Assembly: GCF_964355755.1 (NCBI RefSeq)
Contig: NC_092678.1
Span: forward strand, 5,720,422-5,784,421
Reading direction: 5' to 3'
Length of the DNA stretch: 64,000 nt
DNA from: Antedon mediterranea
Lineage: Eukaryota > Animalia > Echinodermata
The notes under the pieces were generated by a model. That model saw nothing but the letters and a program-made list of their open reading frames with translations. It did not search any database and was not told the origin of the DNA. The position numbers and the translations under genes were made by a program. Every line of letters starts with the position of its first letter. The stretch's first letter is position 1. Below are positions 50,971-63,998 of the stretch, in pieces.

Positions 50971-51385
50971 AGCTTTGTACGACGAGGGATTAAACAAACT
51001 GACATTTTGATTATGGCCTAGCATGGTAGCCGGCGTTTTGGAGAAAACAAACAATATATAATGTTTTGCCGGTTAAATGACTTAATTCCCAGTAAATAAT
51101 CTACCAGTTGAACTTAATGCTAAAGAAGATTTCCTCGGATGAGGATCTTCACATGGAATTTTTGCTTGTAAGTAGTGTAAATAAGTTATTCCTACATTAT
51201 GTACATGCTATGGATGGAATTAAATGAACCGTGCTTAAGTTGCAAAATACACCTTGTCTACTGTTGTGTTCTAACCCCCTCCCATTTTAGATATTTTTCG
51301 GCCTTCGGTGGATGGTTAAACTTTTGACCATTTATAACCAAAGAGCAACGATATAATAGAAATAGGTGACAGCAGAAGAATTGTA

Positions 51386-52791
51386 CGAGCTGCAGATAGG
51401 CCGATCAAAATGGAGAGAATAGAGGACAGCAGACTTGTAGGAGCTGCAGATAGGCCGATCAATATTGAGAGAATAGAGGACAGCAGACTTGTTGGAGCTG
51501 CAGATAGGCCGATCAATATGGAGAGAATAGAGGACAGCAGACTTGTAGGAGCTGCAGATAGACCGATCAATATGGAGAGAATAGAGGACAGCAGACTTGT
51601 AGGAGCTGCAGATGGACCGATCAATATGGAGAGAATAGAGGACAGCAGACTTGTAGGAGCTGCAGATAGACCGATCAATATGGAGAGATTAGAAGACAGC
51701 AGACTTGTATGAGCTGCAGATAGACCGATAAATATGGAGAGAATAGAAGACAGCAAACTTGTAGGAGCTGCAGATAGACCGATAAATATGGAGAGAATAG
51801 AGGACAGCAGACTTGTAGGAGCTGCAGATGGACCGATCAATATGGAGAGAATAGAGGACAGCAGACTTGTAGGAGCTGCAGATAGGCCGATCAATATGGA
51901 GAGAATAGAAGACAGCAGACTTGTAGGAGCTGCAGATGGACCGATCAATATGGAGAGAATAGAGGACAGCAGACTTGTAGGAGCTGCAGATAGGCCGATC
52001 AATATGGAGAGAATAGAAGACAGCAGACTTGTGGGAGCTGCAGATAGACCGATCAATATGGAGAGAATAGAAGACAGCAGACTTGTAGGAGCTGCAGATG
52101 GACCGATCAATATGGAGAGAATAGAGGACAGCAGACTTGTAGGAGCTGCAGATAGACCGATCAATATGGAGAGAATAGAGGACAGCAGACTTGTAGGAGC
52201 TGCAGATAGACCGATCAATATGGAGAGAATAGAGGACATCAGACTTGTAGGAGCTGCAGATAGACCGATCAATATGGAGAGAATAGAGGACAGCAGACTT
52301 GTAGGAGCTGCAGATAGGCCGATCAATATGGAGAGAATAGAGGACAGCAGACTTGTAGGAGCTGCAGATAGGCCGATCAATATGGAGAGAATAGAGGACA
52401 GCAGACTTGTAGGAGCTGAAGATAGGCCGATCAATATGGAGAGAATAGAGGACAGCAGACTTGTAGGAGCTGCAGATAGACCGATAAATATGGAGAGAAT
52501 AGAAGACAGCAGACTTGTAGGAGCTGCAGATAGATCGATCAATATGGAGAGAATAGAAGACAGCAGACTTGTAGGAGCTGCAGATAGATCGATCAATATG
52601 GAGAGAATAGAAGACAGCAGACTTGTAGGAGCTGCAGATAGACCGATCAATATGGAGAGAATAGAAGACAGCAGACTTGTAGGAGCTGCAGATAGATCGA
52701 TCAATATGGAGAGAATAGAAGACAGCAGACTTGTAGGAGCTGCAGATAGACCGATCAATATGGAGAGAAATAGAGGACAGTAGACTTGTAG
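51386..52791. repeat. Homogeneous 54-bp minisatellite, about 26 copies
   Basis: Unit atggagagaatagaggacagcagacttgtaggagctgcagatagaccgatcaat with few substitutions and no spacers. Confidence 0.97.
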
Positions 52792-52834
52792 GAATCAATC
52801 AGTCGGCAGATTAAAAAATGTTAATAATAAAATA

Positions 52835-53295
52835 CAGGCCCGTAGCCAGGGAGGTTTTATCCCTCCCCGCTTTACAGCGAATACCCTTAACCGCACTGCG
52901 AACCCTCATCCGCGACATGCCCAATACCTCACCCCATCTCTTAAAATCTTCCAAACACGTGCCCCACAGTACAAAAGGTTATTCGTAAATTGAATAATTT
53001 GTAAACTCGTTTGTGAATAATTCATAACCTTCTAGCTACTAGCGATACGTGTCTATAAATGTCTCCGATTTTCACCTGAAAAATAAATACGAAGTTTTGG
53101 TCCCTGATGTAACGTGACATTGCCGCGTATATCGTACTCACACAGTGAGCTGGGACATGAACGGTTCGTGCAAAGGACACCGCCAGACAACCGCGTACCT
53201 TGTTTAGATCTCTGGCAGTCTGCATGCATAAAGTATATATATATATATATATATCTAATTCCGACGTACATAAAAAATGGAACGATGCGGTTACC
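52835..53295 (+). mobile_element. Partial relative of the 2323-4113 element
   Basis: Begins caggcccgtagccag; 52959-53293 is a diverged, colinear homolog of 3322-3670 (gtgccccac-gtaca-aaggtta, ttttggtccctg, accgccagacaa--gcgtacct, tagatc-ctggca). Confidence 0.65.
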
Positions 53296-53534
53296 GACAG
53301 TATTTATGTGTGGCTATGAAGTATAGTGTATCATCTTTATAGAGGATTATAGTGAATATTAATATTAATATGACTGTGGTAATAATGTTCAGCACATTGA
53401 GAGCTTGCTTATATGTGCTATATAAGAATGAACTATTATTATTATTATTATTATTTTACACTAATAGTGTATAATATCTATGGTATCATGTACTGTGGTT
53501 TACATTACATCCGATTATATTTCTCTACAGCTCA

Positions 53535-54100
53535 GTATGTCTGTCGGTCGGTAAACACTAACTTGTATATGGCCTTGATATCAGTTTCATCTAGCTAAGT
53601 CAATTCTTCACAGTATATATTCCATGGCCAGGAATCGATGTGGTTATGTTTTCACGGTGCGCAATAAAAAATTACGCGGTCTACGCACGATTTAATGAAA
53701 TCACGTTTGTAATCATATCTTCACAAGCATGAATAACAATTAAATAAAATTTGGTACTCATAAATTTCAGGGCATAAATCATCATGGCAATACAATTACG
53801 TGCGTAGCGCATGTAACGCATGCGACGCGCTTAAAATTTTCAACATTTTCAACATTTATTTTCAATGAAATAAGAGTACGTTTCAGGCAATTTTAGACGT
53901 TTAAAAAAATGCACTTTTCTTTAATAATATCATCATGTTTGATTCACTTTTCAACTCAACATTACTTTATACTAGCACGTGTAAATTAAAAAAATATAAA
54001 TGTTTTTAAACATTTTTAAATATGTTCAGCAATTTTGGTCGGTCGGTCGGTAAACACTAACTTGAGCACGCGACTGCAGCCATCTATATGGCCTTGTTTT
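53535..54100 (+). mobile_element. DINE-1/HINE-like (Helentron-associated) element, second family
   Basis: (GTCG)n microsatellite plus taaacactaacttg twice; 3' subTIR gcacgcgact; hairpin gccat-ctat-atggc; cttgtttt end. Confidence 0.65.
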
Positions 54101-54539
54101 CTAGGAACTAGCCGATACGTACTCAACTGTATCAATACCATCTATTTACATTGATATATTTAATTTCCTCAACAAATTGCTGTAAATAAATATAGATAAA
54201 GCTATAATAAGCATTGAATTTGCCTTCTCCTCCAATGTGAGGCTTTTTCCCTTAGACGTTAGTTCCGCATTGAACTTGAACGCAAAACAAAATACCGAAT
54301 GAATGATCAAACGATCGGCGGTTCCGCATAGAGCAGCACAACAACAAAGGAGATGCGTAAAAATACGCGAAAAATTGAGTAGCATTTATTATATGTTATC
54401 TATTAATAAGTTATGTTAAAGTTGAACCTTTAATAAAAATGTCCTAATATAATATTAATTGTACATAATTGTCAGTAAAACAAGTATATTGCATTTGCAT
54501 TTAATTGTCATTGGTTCACAAATAAAAACAAAGCCATTT

Positions 54540-54640
54540 TACACTGCAGTCGCGCGTGCGCAGATTTGAGTTAGTGTCTACCGACCGACCAACCGACCGA
54601 TAATGAGGTATAGAGTCGCGTTGCACGCACTTGACTAAAG
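54540..54640 (-). mobile_element. Internally deleted copy of the HINE-like family
   Basis: Reverse complement: ttagtc..gtgcaacgcgactctatacctca..(gtcg)n..acactaact..acgcgcgactgcag. Confidence 0.6.
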
Positions 54641-55129
54641 AGAGTCGGAGAACGTCGCCATAATACCATAAATAAAACATCCTAGGCCTACTGTATTGGT
54701 TACGGATGGAATTTTGTTAGAAATAAATACAACAGTAGGCTCATTAATAAACAAAATATAATCTGATAAATAAAATTAATATTGTGAGAGAAAATTGGAA
54801 TGAAAAATTTATGAACAAGAAAAGCCTACAATCTAAGTGTATAGGCCTCTGACGTCTGTAAAAAAACTTATTTTACAAAAAGACACAAAAAAACACAAAA
54901 AAACCCGTAACTGACACAATTTGACTGTTTTTTGATTGAATTTACAATTTTCAGTAAATAAAACAGAAAGAAATGTGTTAAAACACAATATTGTGTATTA
55001 TATTATGTGACGAGGCATTCGTGGAAATATACAAACGGACGGCTTTATTCCAATTGTTGTTTATAGGAGGCGTTTAATCGAATAAAAACGGTACGTAGCT
55101 GTACAGTAGTACGATCCAGGTGTATTGTT

Positions 55130-55460
55130 TCCGCTCCTTCCGGTATGATAATGATACAACACGTCAAGCACACATACAGGTGGTGTGGTGAGGCGCGGCA
55201 TACTGATTTCGCTTCTTCCGGTATGTTATACAACACACGCACACATACAGGTGGTGTGGTGAGGCGCGGTGTAATGATATCGCTCCTTCCGGTATTGTAC
55301 AACACACGCACACATACAGGTGGTGTGGTGAGGCGCGGTGTACTGATATCGCTCCTTCCGGTATGTTATACAACACACGCACACATACAGGTGGTGTGGT
55401 GAGACGCGGTGTAATGATATCGCTCCTTCCATATACAAAACGCACACACGCAGGTGGTTC
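55130..55460. repeat. About 70-bp tandem repeat, about 4.5 copies
   Basis: cgctccttccggtatgttatacaacacacgcacacatacaggtggtgtggtgaggcgcggtgta(a/c)tgatat starting near 55132, 55210, 55281, 55350 and 55421. Confidence 0.9.
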
Positions 55461-57834
55461 GATCTACCGACCACATATGGACAGAAGACGATGGAAGTGG
55501 TGGCCTATAATTTTGAACTGTAGCCTATAGTATCCTTGTGAGTAGCGCCTGAGAGTATGCCTAGCATCAGAGAGTATCGCCTATTCTGATGTGCATACAT
55601 AAAAGCTAAAATAATATTACCTAGCATTAATTATATCACTCTGTGGTCTGAGCTCTCAAGGTGCAGGAGAGGCCTATGCTCACAGGTAGGAGCGCTTGTA
55701 CTTGGAGAGGTAGGCTACGACGTAGAGGTAGGCTTACAGAAACATGCCTATAATATCGAACTGTGACCTACCGTTGAGTAGCGCCGGAGAGTAGCGCCTA
55801 GTACCCGACAGTAGTTCGCAGATTATTTTGTTCCTGGCAATACCCCTCATCGATGATGTGGCAACGCAGTCCCATTATTTTCTCGTTCTTCTCGGAGGTG
55901 CACTTCAGAGGTAGCGCTTGATGGTACGCGCTCATGCGGTAGGTCCGACTTAGCGGTAGGCATACATCGCTCAGATGGTCACAATTCGTTGGAAATCGCT
56001 CCAAAAGAAAATATTGCGCCGTGGGACATCGCTCTGAAAATTGCACCAAGGTATATTGCTCGCCATTTAGGCATAATTTTTAAATAATTTAATTTAATTT
56101 ACCACCTCCCCCCCCCACCCCTTTAGCGTATTCTAATGGTTCTCATGTCCTTGCACAAGTATCTTATGCATTTTGTGAGGGTTGGGGACAACTTTTGTGT
56201 TATGGAAGCCCTTGACCACTTGTTGAATAATATGTTTTAAAAAAGGTCTTTTCCTCTGCAAGCTCTTCTTCCTCTGCCAGCTCTTCTTCCTCTGCCAGCT
56301 CTTAGGTGGCAGTTATTTGTTTGGTCCACATGTTGTCCTATCTTCTTGCTAGTTAATTTGCCCATTTTGCCATTGTCTCTTTGACTTGGATAATTTCCTT
56401 TCTTGTGCTTTGTCTTTTTGACACCAAGCATTTATCTTAATTCATTTTTCTTCATGAATTAACAAGTTTTGTTACAAAAATGTGATTTAAACATTCTTAG
56501 ATGACAAAAACTGGACTGTAAAAAATGTCTATAGGCCTACTGTGTATTTTCTTTATTAATTTTAAATCTATTTAGTTTTAAAAAACTGTATTGCTTGATT
56601 TGTAGGATTGTGTAAAATGAAAAAATACACTATAGTGATATGTTGTGTTGAGACAACACATAATAAACATGAAATTATGAAAATCTTTAAAAAAAAAGAA
56701 AAAAGTCTTGTTTTATAGAAAATAAGGTAAAGCCAGTTAATGATTTTGATTCTCAAACATTGCTTTATCATTCTCTGTCATGTGATCAAGCATTTGTCGT
56801 TCAATTGTGCTTTGTAAAGTAAAAAGTCTTTGTTCTTGAAAGAAAAGTTTTTAAATGTACTGCAAAACAATGATAATTGTTCTTTGTAAAGTAACAATTT
56901 TTAGTCTACAGCTCACTATATGGCCTTTTTTGTTCTCGTTTTTTAAATGTACTATAAAACAGTTTTTGAATATTATACGAACATTGATAAGTAAATGATC
57001 CATACCATCCTGGCAACCATCATTTCAAAATTATGTCTCACAGTCACAAATATAGATCGATACTTGCAAAAACTAAAAGGTCACCAATCTGCACAATTAA
57101 TGAAGCATGTTTACGTATGTACTTCTCCAAAACCTTCAAATACCAGAATAGTTTTTACCAACCCCCCGAAACCAGTTCTAGAAGTACCGGGATGGTGTCC
57201 GGCGGGGGATAGTTTCACCATGTAGTTTAAGTTCTCATTTATTTGTTTTTAGTCAAACCGTTCATTTACTTAAAATACAAGAGCAATCAGAGGTTGCATA
57301 GCTTACAACAGACAAACAAAAAACAAATAAATATCGCAGAAATATAGAAAATAGAGGTAATCATGTGAAAAACACATATTCGAGTTTGATTTAAAAAAAT
57401 AAAATGAAAAGAATTATAATATTATTGCACACAGACACTGTCAAACAAAAAAGAAATTGCTCCAATATTCACCACAGCAAAACGTTTTTCTATTAAAACC
57501 ATGCAATTGGTTTCAAATCCTCTGACTATCTATAAAGTAATGTTTGATACATTTTGTCGACAAGGTTTATATGTCACAGTATTCAACTAGAAAGTATTCA
57601 ATCGATTACATATAGCTCGTTGGCGGAGGTAAATTAAATTCAAACCTATAAAATGTCAGTTATTGGTAGCCTAGCCTACATCATTCGCTGTTGCGCTTCT
57701 TGCTTGTCCATTAGCCAATCACCACTTTTCTATGGCTGTCCGTGCTTGTGCATTAGCCAATTGCCAATCGCCAATATCATTTTTCTTAGCCTGTTGTTTA
57801 TTACAAAAGTTTTAATCCAGTAAATTATTTTGAT

Positions 57835-58110
57835 TCAGTCCTCTACCTTTTGGATTTAGCGCTTGATTTACTTCCCAGACTGTTGTCCATTTCTCCATCA
57901 TTCTATGTTGGATGTACCCGTTCTTCTCTTCATAACTCTTCTGTAACTATGCTGCCCTTCTGTAACTATGCTGCCCAAATAGTTATAGGTCTTTCTGTTT
58001 TTATATTTTACCTCTTTTTCTTCTTTTGCCGTTGTCATTCATTTTGCCTACCTTTTGTCCTCACTTCTTGCTAGGTGACCTGTCCAAACATATCTGCATT
58101 TCATCTCCAA
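57835..58110 (-). mobile_element. Scrambled RTE-like LINE fragments
   Basis: Minus strand reads WTGHLARSEDKR*AK (WxGHxxR motif) and YNYLGSIVTE (YLG motif of RT). Confidence 0.5.
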
Positions 58111-59639
58111 ATTTTTTTTTTTTTCGCGAATGTCTTATTCCATGTGCAGTAACAAGTTGTTATCACTTGGAAATTCTTTGATTTAATAAGTAGGGAAATA
58201 AATTTCAATGCTTTCTATATTTAGAGCTACATTAGTCGGACCATCAAAATGAATACAGGCGCATGGTCATGAAATGGTTCCTAACACTAACTTAAACACT
58301 TAATATACCTAGCTATGAGCATGCTCCTGTCTTTTTGACACTCCGAAAAAATGTCTCTGTCAGCATTGTTTATCTGTATAAATTATTATATAATTATTTA
58401 AACTATATAAGCGGAACACCACAGGCAGAACAAATTTAAACAGCCTGGTGATATACTGAAAATGTATTAATTAATTTGAAACGATAAGATAAGAAAATCT
58501 GTGAGAATGAGAAAAAGTCGACTTTTCTCATTCTCACTGATTTCGTCATCTTATCGTTGCCAATTATATATATATCATATACAGTATAATTTTTTATTTT
58601 AATCCTTTTGCCTTCCGTTAAGGTACATTTTTTCCCCCCAATTCTTTTAGATAATATGGGAGAAAAAAAAATCGTGATAGCGTAAAAAGTACTGGCCCCT
58701 AGTATGTTAAATAGATTTAAAGAATACATTTTTTTTCTGCCTTTACCCTGTCTAGATATTGCCTGGCATATCCATAGACACTTACAGGTATGCCAAACAT
58801 TGTTTTTAATAGCATCATCGTTTAGTATGATGTTTTTTTTTTACAGCACCTTCTGTGGTTGCTTACAAAAATTATCCCAGTAAGAGTAGTTACTAATTTT
58901 AAAAAAGTACTTCAAAAAAAGTACTACCCTATGTTTGTTTTTTCAAGTAGCCTGACATCCCCTCAGTGAGGGCACTGTCTTTTATTAAACCAATGGCAAC
59001 GGTCCCCTCCTCTTTTCATAATCTCGCTAATTTTTCTTATCTAATACTATCAATTCTTTCACCCTTTAGTTACTGCATCGGTAACTAAAGTCTTCCAGTT
59101 CCCCTTGGCCTTAATGCCATCATAATGTTCTTTCAATGTTCATTATATCTGTTTTTCTTATCCAATACAATCAATTCAATCGATGACAATGGTCCCTTCT
59201 GGTTTCCCCTGGCCTTAATGCCATCATAATGTTCTTTAAATGTTCATTTGTCTTTTTAAAAAGTAACATTAGTCTCCGGTACTAAACTAAAATTGCTATA
59301 ACATGTAAAATGACAGTAGTAAATAGAAACAAACATTTTTGAAAAGTTTCTGTGAAATTTCGACACTTTTTAAAGCTTTTGGAGTTTAAAAAGAAAGTAT
59401 TTAATTTGAAAACAAAACATTTTATGTAAGTTAGTTAAAAAAAATATTTGTTGCTCCTACAGTATTGTTATTCTTGAACTGGAAAATGCAATTGATGTAA
59501 TGTTCATTGGAAGACCACTTTATTTTAAAAAACACTGCTTCAAAATTGTATTCAAAATATTATACAATGTTGTATTGAATTCATTAAAATCAACACTTTA
59601 TAAACTTAGAGGTTTGTGAAGAAACAAAGCTACTGTCCA

Positions 59640-62600
59640 GATAAATGTCATATCATAAACATTTATGGTTTAATAAAATGAAAAAATTTATTTATTTAAA
59701 GGTAGTGTAATTTGCATTTTTCTCAGGTAGTAAACTAAAAAAAGTTAATAGAAGATGCAAAATCATAGATTCAAAGGAAAATAACTTATAAATAAAATGT
59801 GAAAATTTAAAAAAAATTGTATTAGAAAAAAAATGCTATACTAAAATATGTGTAAACTTACTGTTGTAAGAATTTAAGTTATATGGTCCGAAAGTTGAAA
59901 AGTAACACCATTTAAGTTGTTCAAACATACCAAAATCTAATTTTTTTACAAATTTGGGAAAACATTTATTCATAAATTTGAAACATTTAAAAAAACAAAA
60001 TAATTGTTGGTAAAAGGTTGAATGACTTGCTTTTTATGGTTTAATCAAATCAAATTTAAATTCAAAGGTTGTGTAATATACATTTTTTTCGAGTAATAAA
60101 CTAAAAAAGTTGGTAAAAGGTTGAATCGCTTGCTTTTTATGGTTTAATAAAATTGAACAAATTTAAATTCAAAGGTTGTGTAATATACATTTTTTTCGGG
60201 CAATAAACTCAAAAAAGTTGGTAGAAGATGAAAAAAAATTAGTTATAAATAAAATATTTTGGATATTTTTTAATTTTATAAGAAATAAAATGCTATACTA
60301 AAATAATGTAAACTTACTGTTGTAAGAATTTGAATAAGGCATGCTTAAGTTATAAGGTCAGAAATTTGAAAGATACAATATTGTTCAAATATATCAAAAT
60401 CTAATTTTGTTTACTAATTTTGAAGGGAAAAAAAATGAATTTTTTACAGTAGAATGGAATTTTGCCTTTTAAACTATAAAATAAAGAAATGGAGATATTA
60501 TTTTTATGCAAAATATATTTGTGTTGAATATCTGTAAATACAGGCATTCTAAGTTAATGGGGTTTGTGGTCAAAAAGTTTAAATATTTATAAAAACAAAA
60601 GAATTAATTTTTGGTAAATGGTTGAATATTTTATCACTTGTATTTACATCCTACAATTTACAGTACAGTTGAATTTTTCAAATATACTAAAGTTTTGTTG
60701 TTTTTTTATTAAGAAATCATTCATAACAACAAAATTCATTTTTAATTCATTTTTTTTACATTTAAAATTGTTTTCCAAGCAGGAATTTTATTTAATTAAT
60801 ACAGTAGTTGAATATTATCATTTATATTTTAATTGGTAAACATTTAATTTTCTCATATACAGTACTTTGTAGTACTTTATTCAGGCAGTATAATAATTAC
60901 ATTTTCAAATATACTAAGTACTAAAACTAATTTTTGTTTTGCATTTCTGTTGAATGCATGCATAATAAATATTTATTTACATTTACAATTTGTCTCATGC
61001 AGGTAGTTTACAGAAATCTAAATTTGTAATAATTTTGAAAAAAAAAAGTAATTCTATAGACTGTATTTATTTATTTATATTGTAAAATTTTTTATATATC
61101 TTTTTCAGGCAGGTTTAATCATTTTAATTAAAATAGCAAAATACCATTTAAATATTTTTCTTACATATTTTTTAGGCATGTACAGTAGTATTACATTTTC
61201 CAAATATCAAAATCTTTCGTTTCTTAATTTATATATTTAATTTTCTTATTTTTTACCAAATAGGCCTAAAAAAATGTGAATGTAAAAATTAAGGTAAAAG
61301 ATTGAATATCATATCATTATTCAATTTAATTTATTTCCGCAGTATAATAACATACAGGATAAATACAATGAAGTAATCATGTGGGGAGTCATATATATAA
61401 TAATAACAATTTTTACTAATAGTTTTACTAATGTTACATACTTTATTTCAATACAATACTTGAATAATTTACTTTTTTTTTAATAGTTATACATTTCTAT
61501 TGGCATCTTCTATTGTATATTTTATCATTTATATTTATTTTTTCAGGCAGGCCAAGTAATTAAGTAGTTAAATCGTTCAAATCTCATTTATTAACACATT
61601 TTGAAAACTAATATCTTGCTTGAAATACATGCATTTTTATAGACTTACAATTTCCTTTTCCAGTTTAATGATATTTAAATATACCAAAATGTCATTTTTT
61701 TTAATGATTTTATGTAAAAATGCATTTCTAGGTGGTAGAATGTAGCCTACATACTAATTTGCATGTACAAATTGATGAAAACAATTAAATATTATATCAT
61801 TTATATTCATTTTTTAAACGTTTTTCCTACATAATTACTTACAACTGCTTATTTTCAGTACCAAAATCTCATTTTTTTAACCAATTTTAATCTGTTCAAT
61901 ATAAATATATTTTTATATTAGTTATATTCTTATTTCATATGACTGATAAAATTTTAGTTAAATATTATATCATTTGTTATTAATTTTTTGAATCTTTTTA
62001 TATTCATAACATTTTTTCAGGTAGGCTAAAGTTACATTTACTGTACCAAAATCTCATTTCATTTTACTTATTTAGAAAAACAATATGCATTTCTATAGGC
62101 TTCTGTTGAATATTATATAATTTGTTCTTATTTAAAAAATATTTTTCTAACGTGCTTACATTTTTACAGGCATGTAGTATAATAGTTGAACAAAAATCTC
62201 ACTTGTTCTACACATTTTTGAAAACAAATATGAATTTGTATAGACTGTTGATGAATATGATATTTTCTTTCTTATTTTTATAAGTTTTTCTAAAATTCTT
62301 TTTTTCAGGCAAGCTAAAAATAGTTAAACATTAAATTCACTGTACCAAAATCTCAAATAATTTTCCAAATTTTTTTTTAGGGATCGTCTCCTGGTGTGCT
62401 GATCTGGTAGGTGTAGTCCGTGGAAGGCCTAATTCGAATTTTCTCAGTGGCCAGGTTAAATACAACTAAACAAATATGCATTTGTTTTCTATAGATATTA
62501 AATATATTTATATATTTCCAATATTCTTATTTCATTCATATTTTAAATGTTATAACTTATAATGTTATACCAAAATCTTAATATTGACAAAGAAAATTCT

Positions 62601-62770
62601 ATATTGAATATTGTATCATTTACTGTATATTATTTTTTTTAATGTTTTTCTTGCATACAACTTTTTTTCAGACATGCTAAATTGTTCAAATATACTTAAA
62701 TCTCATTTATTAACACATTTTGAAAACAAATACTTTATGTATTTCTATAGGCTTCTGTTGAATATTATAT
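59640..62770. repeat. Old, very AT-rich degenerate tandem repeat region
   Basis: Recurrent blocks tgtaaacttactgttgtaagaattt (about 59850, 60307), aaattcaaaggttgtgtaatatacatttttt (about 60058, 60165) and tttttcaggca..ccaaaatctcattt..gaatattatatcattt (many times, 60600-62770). Confidence 0.6.
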
Positions 62771-62780
62771 CGTGTTTAAT

Positions 62781-62827
62781 TTTTTGGTTATCCGCACTTG
62801 GCGGATAACCCCTTGTTATTGTCAGGA

Positions 62828-62866
<39 letters not shown>

Positions 62867-63998
62867 CTATGTTATTCTTCTTTCTTTCCCAAAATTTTGT
62901 GTCACGTGTATCTCAAATTCTGATCAACATTACATCGTATAACTTTGTCAGAAGATTTACCTCTATCTGTAGAAGTGCAGGACAGCTCGTTTTTTTTCTT
63001 TAGAGTCGCGCAGCGTAAGCTACGCGCGATTTTATGAATTTTGCGTATTTAACATAGACTAAAAACCAAAAGTCATTTTGTAATGACACTTGGTGAACAT
63101 TTAAGTCATATCAAGGGCAAACTTTCTATGGATTAAAAATGGCATGTTTGACATAAAGTTACGCGCGCACGCGCGTTTAAAATTTCAAATTGCGAAATAT
63201 CCATTTCTAATCAACTTTCTACGCGTTTCAGGGCATTTTGAGCATTTCAAAAATTCCCACGCGTGCGCATTTTTTTTACGCGCGCGTGCGCACGTAGCGC
63301 AAAAACATCTTTTTTTTGCTTGATTTTTGTTTTTTCAGCCTTTTCTAGTAAATTTACCAATTTTCAATCAATTTCGACTTAAAATTACGTCATACGAGCA
63401 CGTAGAATTCAACAATTTGCGCGCGTTTTTGAAGAAAAAGTTGAAAAATTCGTCAAAATTATGCCTTTTTTAAAACAGTCATAGATTGTAAACTACGAGG
63501 TGAACTTCTTTTAAATTACACATTCTGGAAGTTGATGATTTGTAGATATCGAATCATGCATCGATATGGCTAACAAGACATAGTGACGTCATCGTATGGC
63601 CACTCAAATATAAAATATAGGATTTTTGTCTCTTTCGTCATAGCTCATCACATTTAATAGAGCGCATCTCCACTTATCCGAATTCCATTTCCCCCCATTT
63701 TTTTATATTGTCTATGCCAATCAATTATCTTTCGCATAATCTACCATTTTTTAAATTGTGATGACGTCATCATGTCCAAAAGCGTCAATAACTTGGGTCC
63801 CTTATTTTCACCTATTCTGCACTGTATGTAGTACGTATACAGAATATAGTGTATACCGTATATACTTTGAGGTGACACAAAATAGAGAGCGCACTAACAT
63901 TTTTTCAATGGCATAATCGTTTTTCTGCGCGCAATATTCTAACGTATGACGTGCTGCGGATAACCTAACTCGTCCGTAGTGACGAGTTCAAATCTAGT
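62781..63998 (+). mobile_element. Apparently complete non-autonomous Helentron/Helitron-like element (about 1.2 kb)
   Basis: 5' T-run then hairpin ggttatccgc-acttg-gcggataacc (62786-62810); 3' sub-terminal inverted copy tgcggataacc (63955-63965); 8-bp hairpin aactcgtc/gacgagtt (63967-63988); CTAG|T terminus. Confidence 0.82.

Noticed and set aside
51386-52791. Possible CRISPR array
   Set aside because: Units are contiguous and near-identical with no unique spacers, no cas genes are present, and the context is eukaryotic.
53090-53200. Hammerhead ribozyme in the conserved transposon core
   Set aside because: The CTGATGA...GAAA core is incomplete (ctgatgt) and is not kept in the homologous copy near 3480.
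55130-55460. Possible CRISPR array, and overlapping repeat ORFs at 55045-55474
   Set aside because: A simple tandem repeat with no spacers; the ORFs are by-products of the repeat.
56237-56431. RG-rich ORF (GRGRRA repeats)
   Set aside because: It arises from a three-copy 18-bp repeat, with no recognisable domain or splice support.
59095-59250. Local duplication of about 50 bp (similar case at about 35040 versus 37225)
   Set aside because: Ordinary small duplications with no coding or structural signal.
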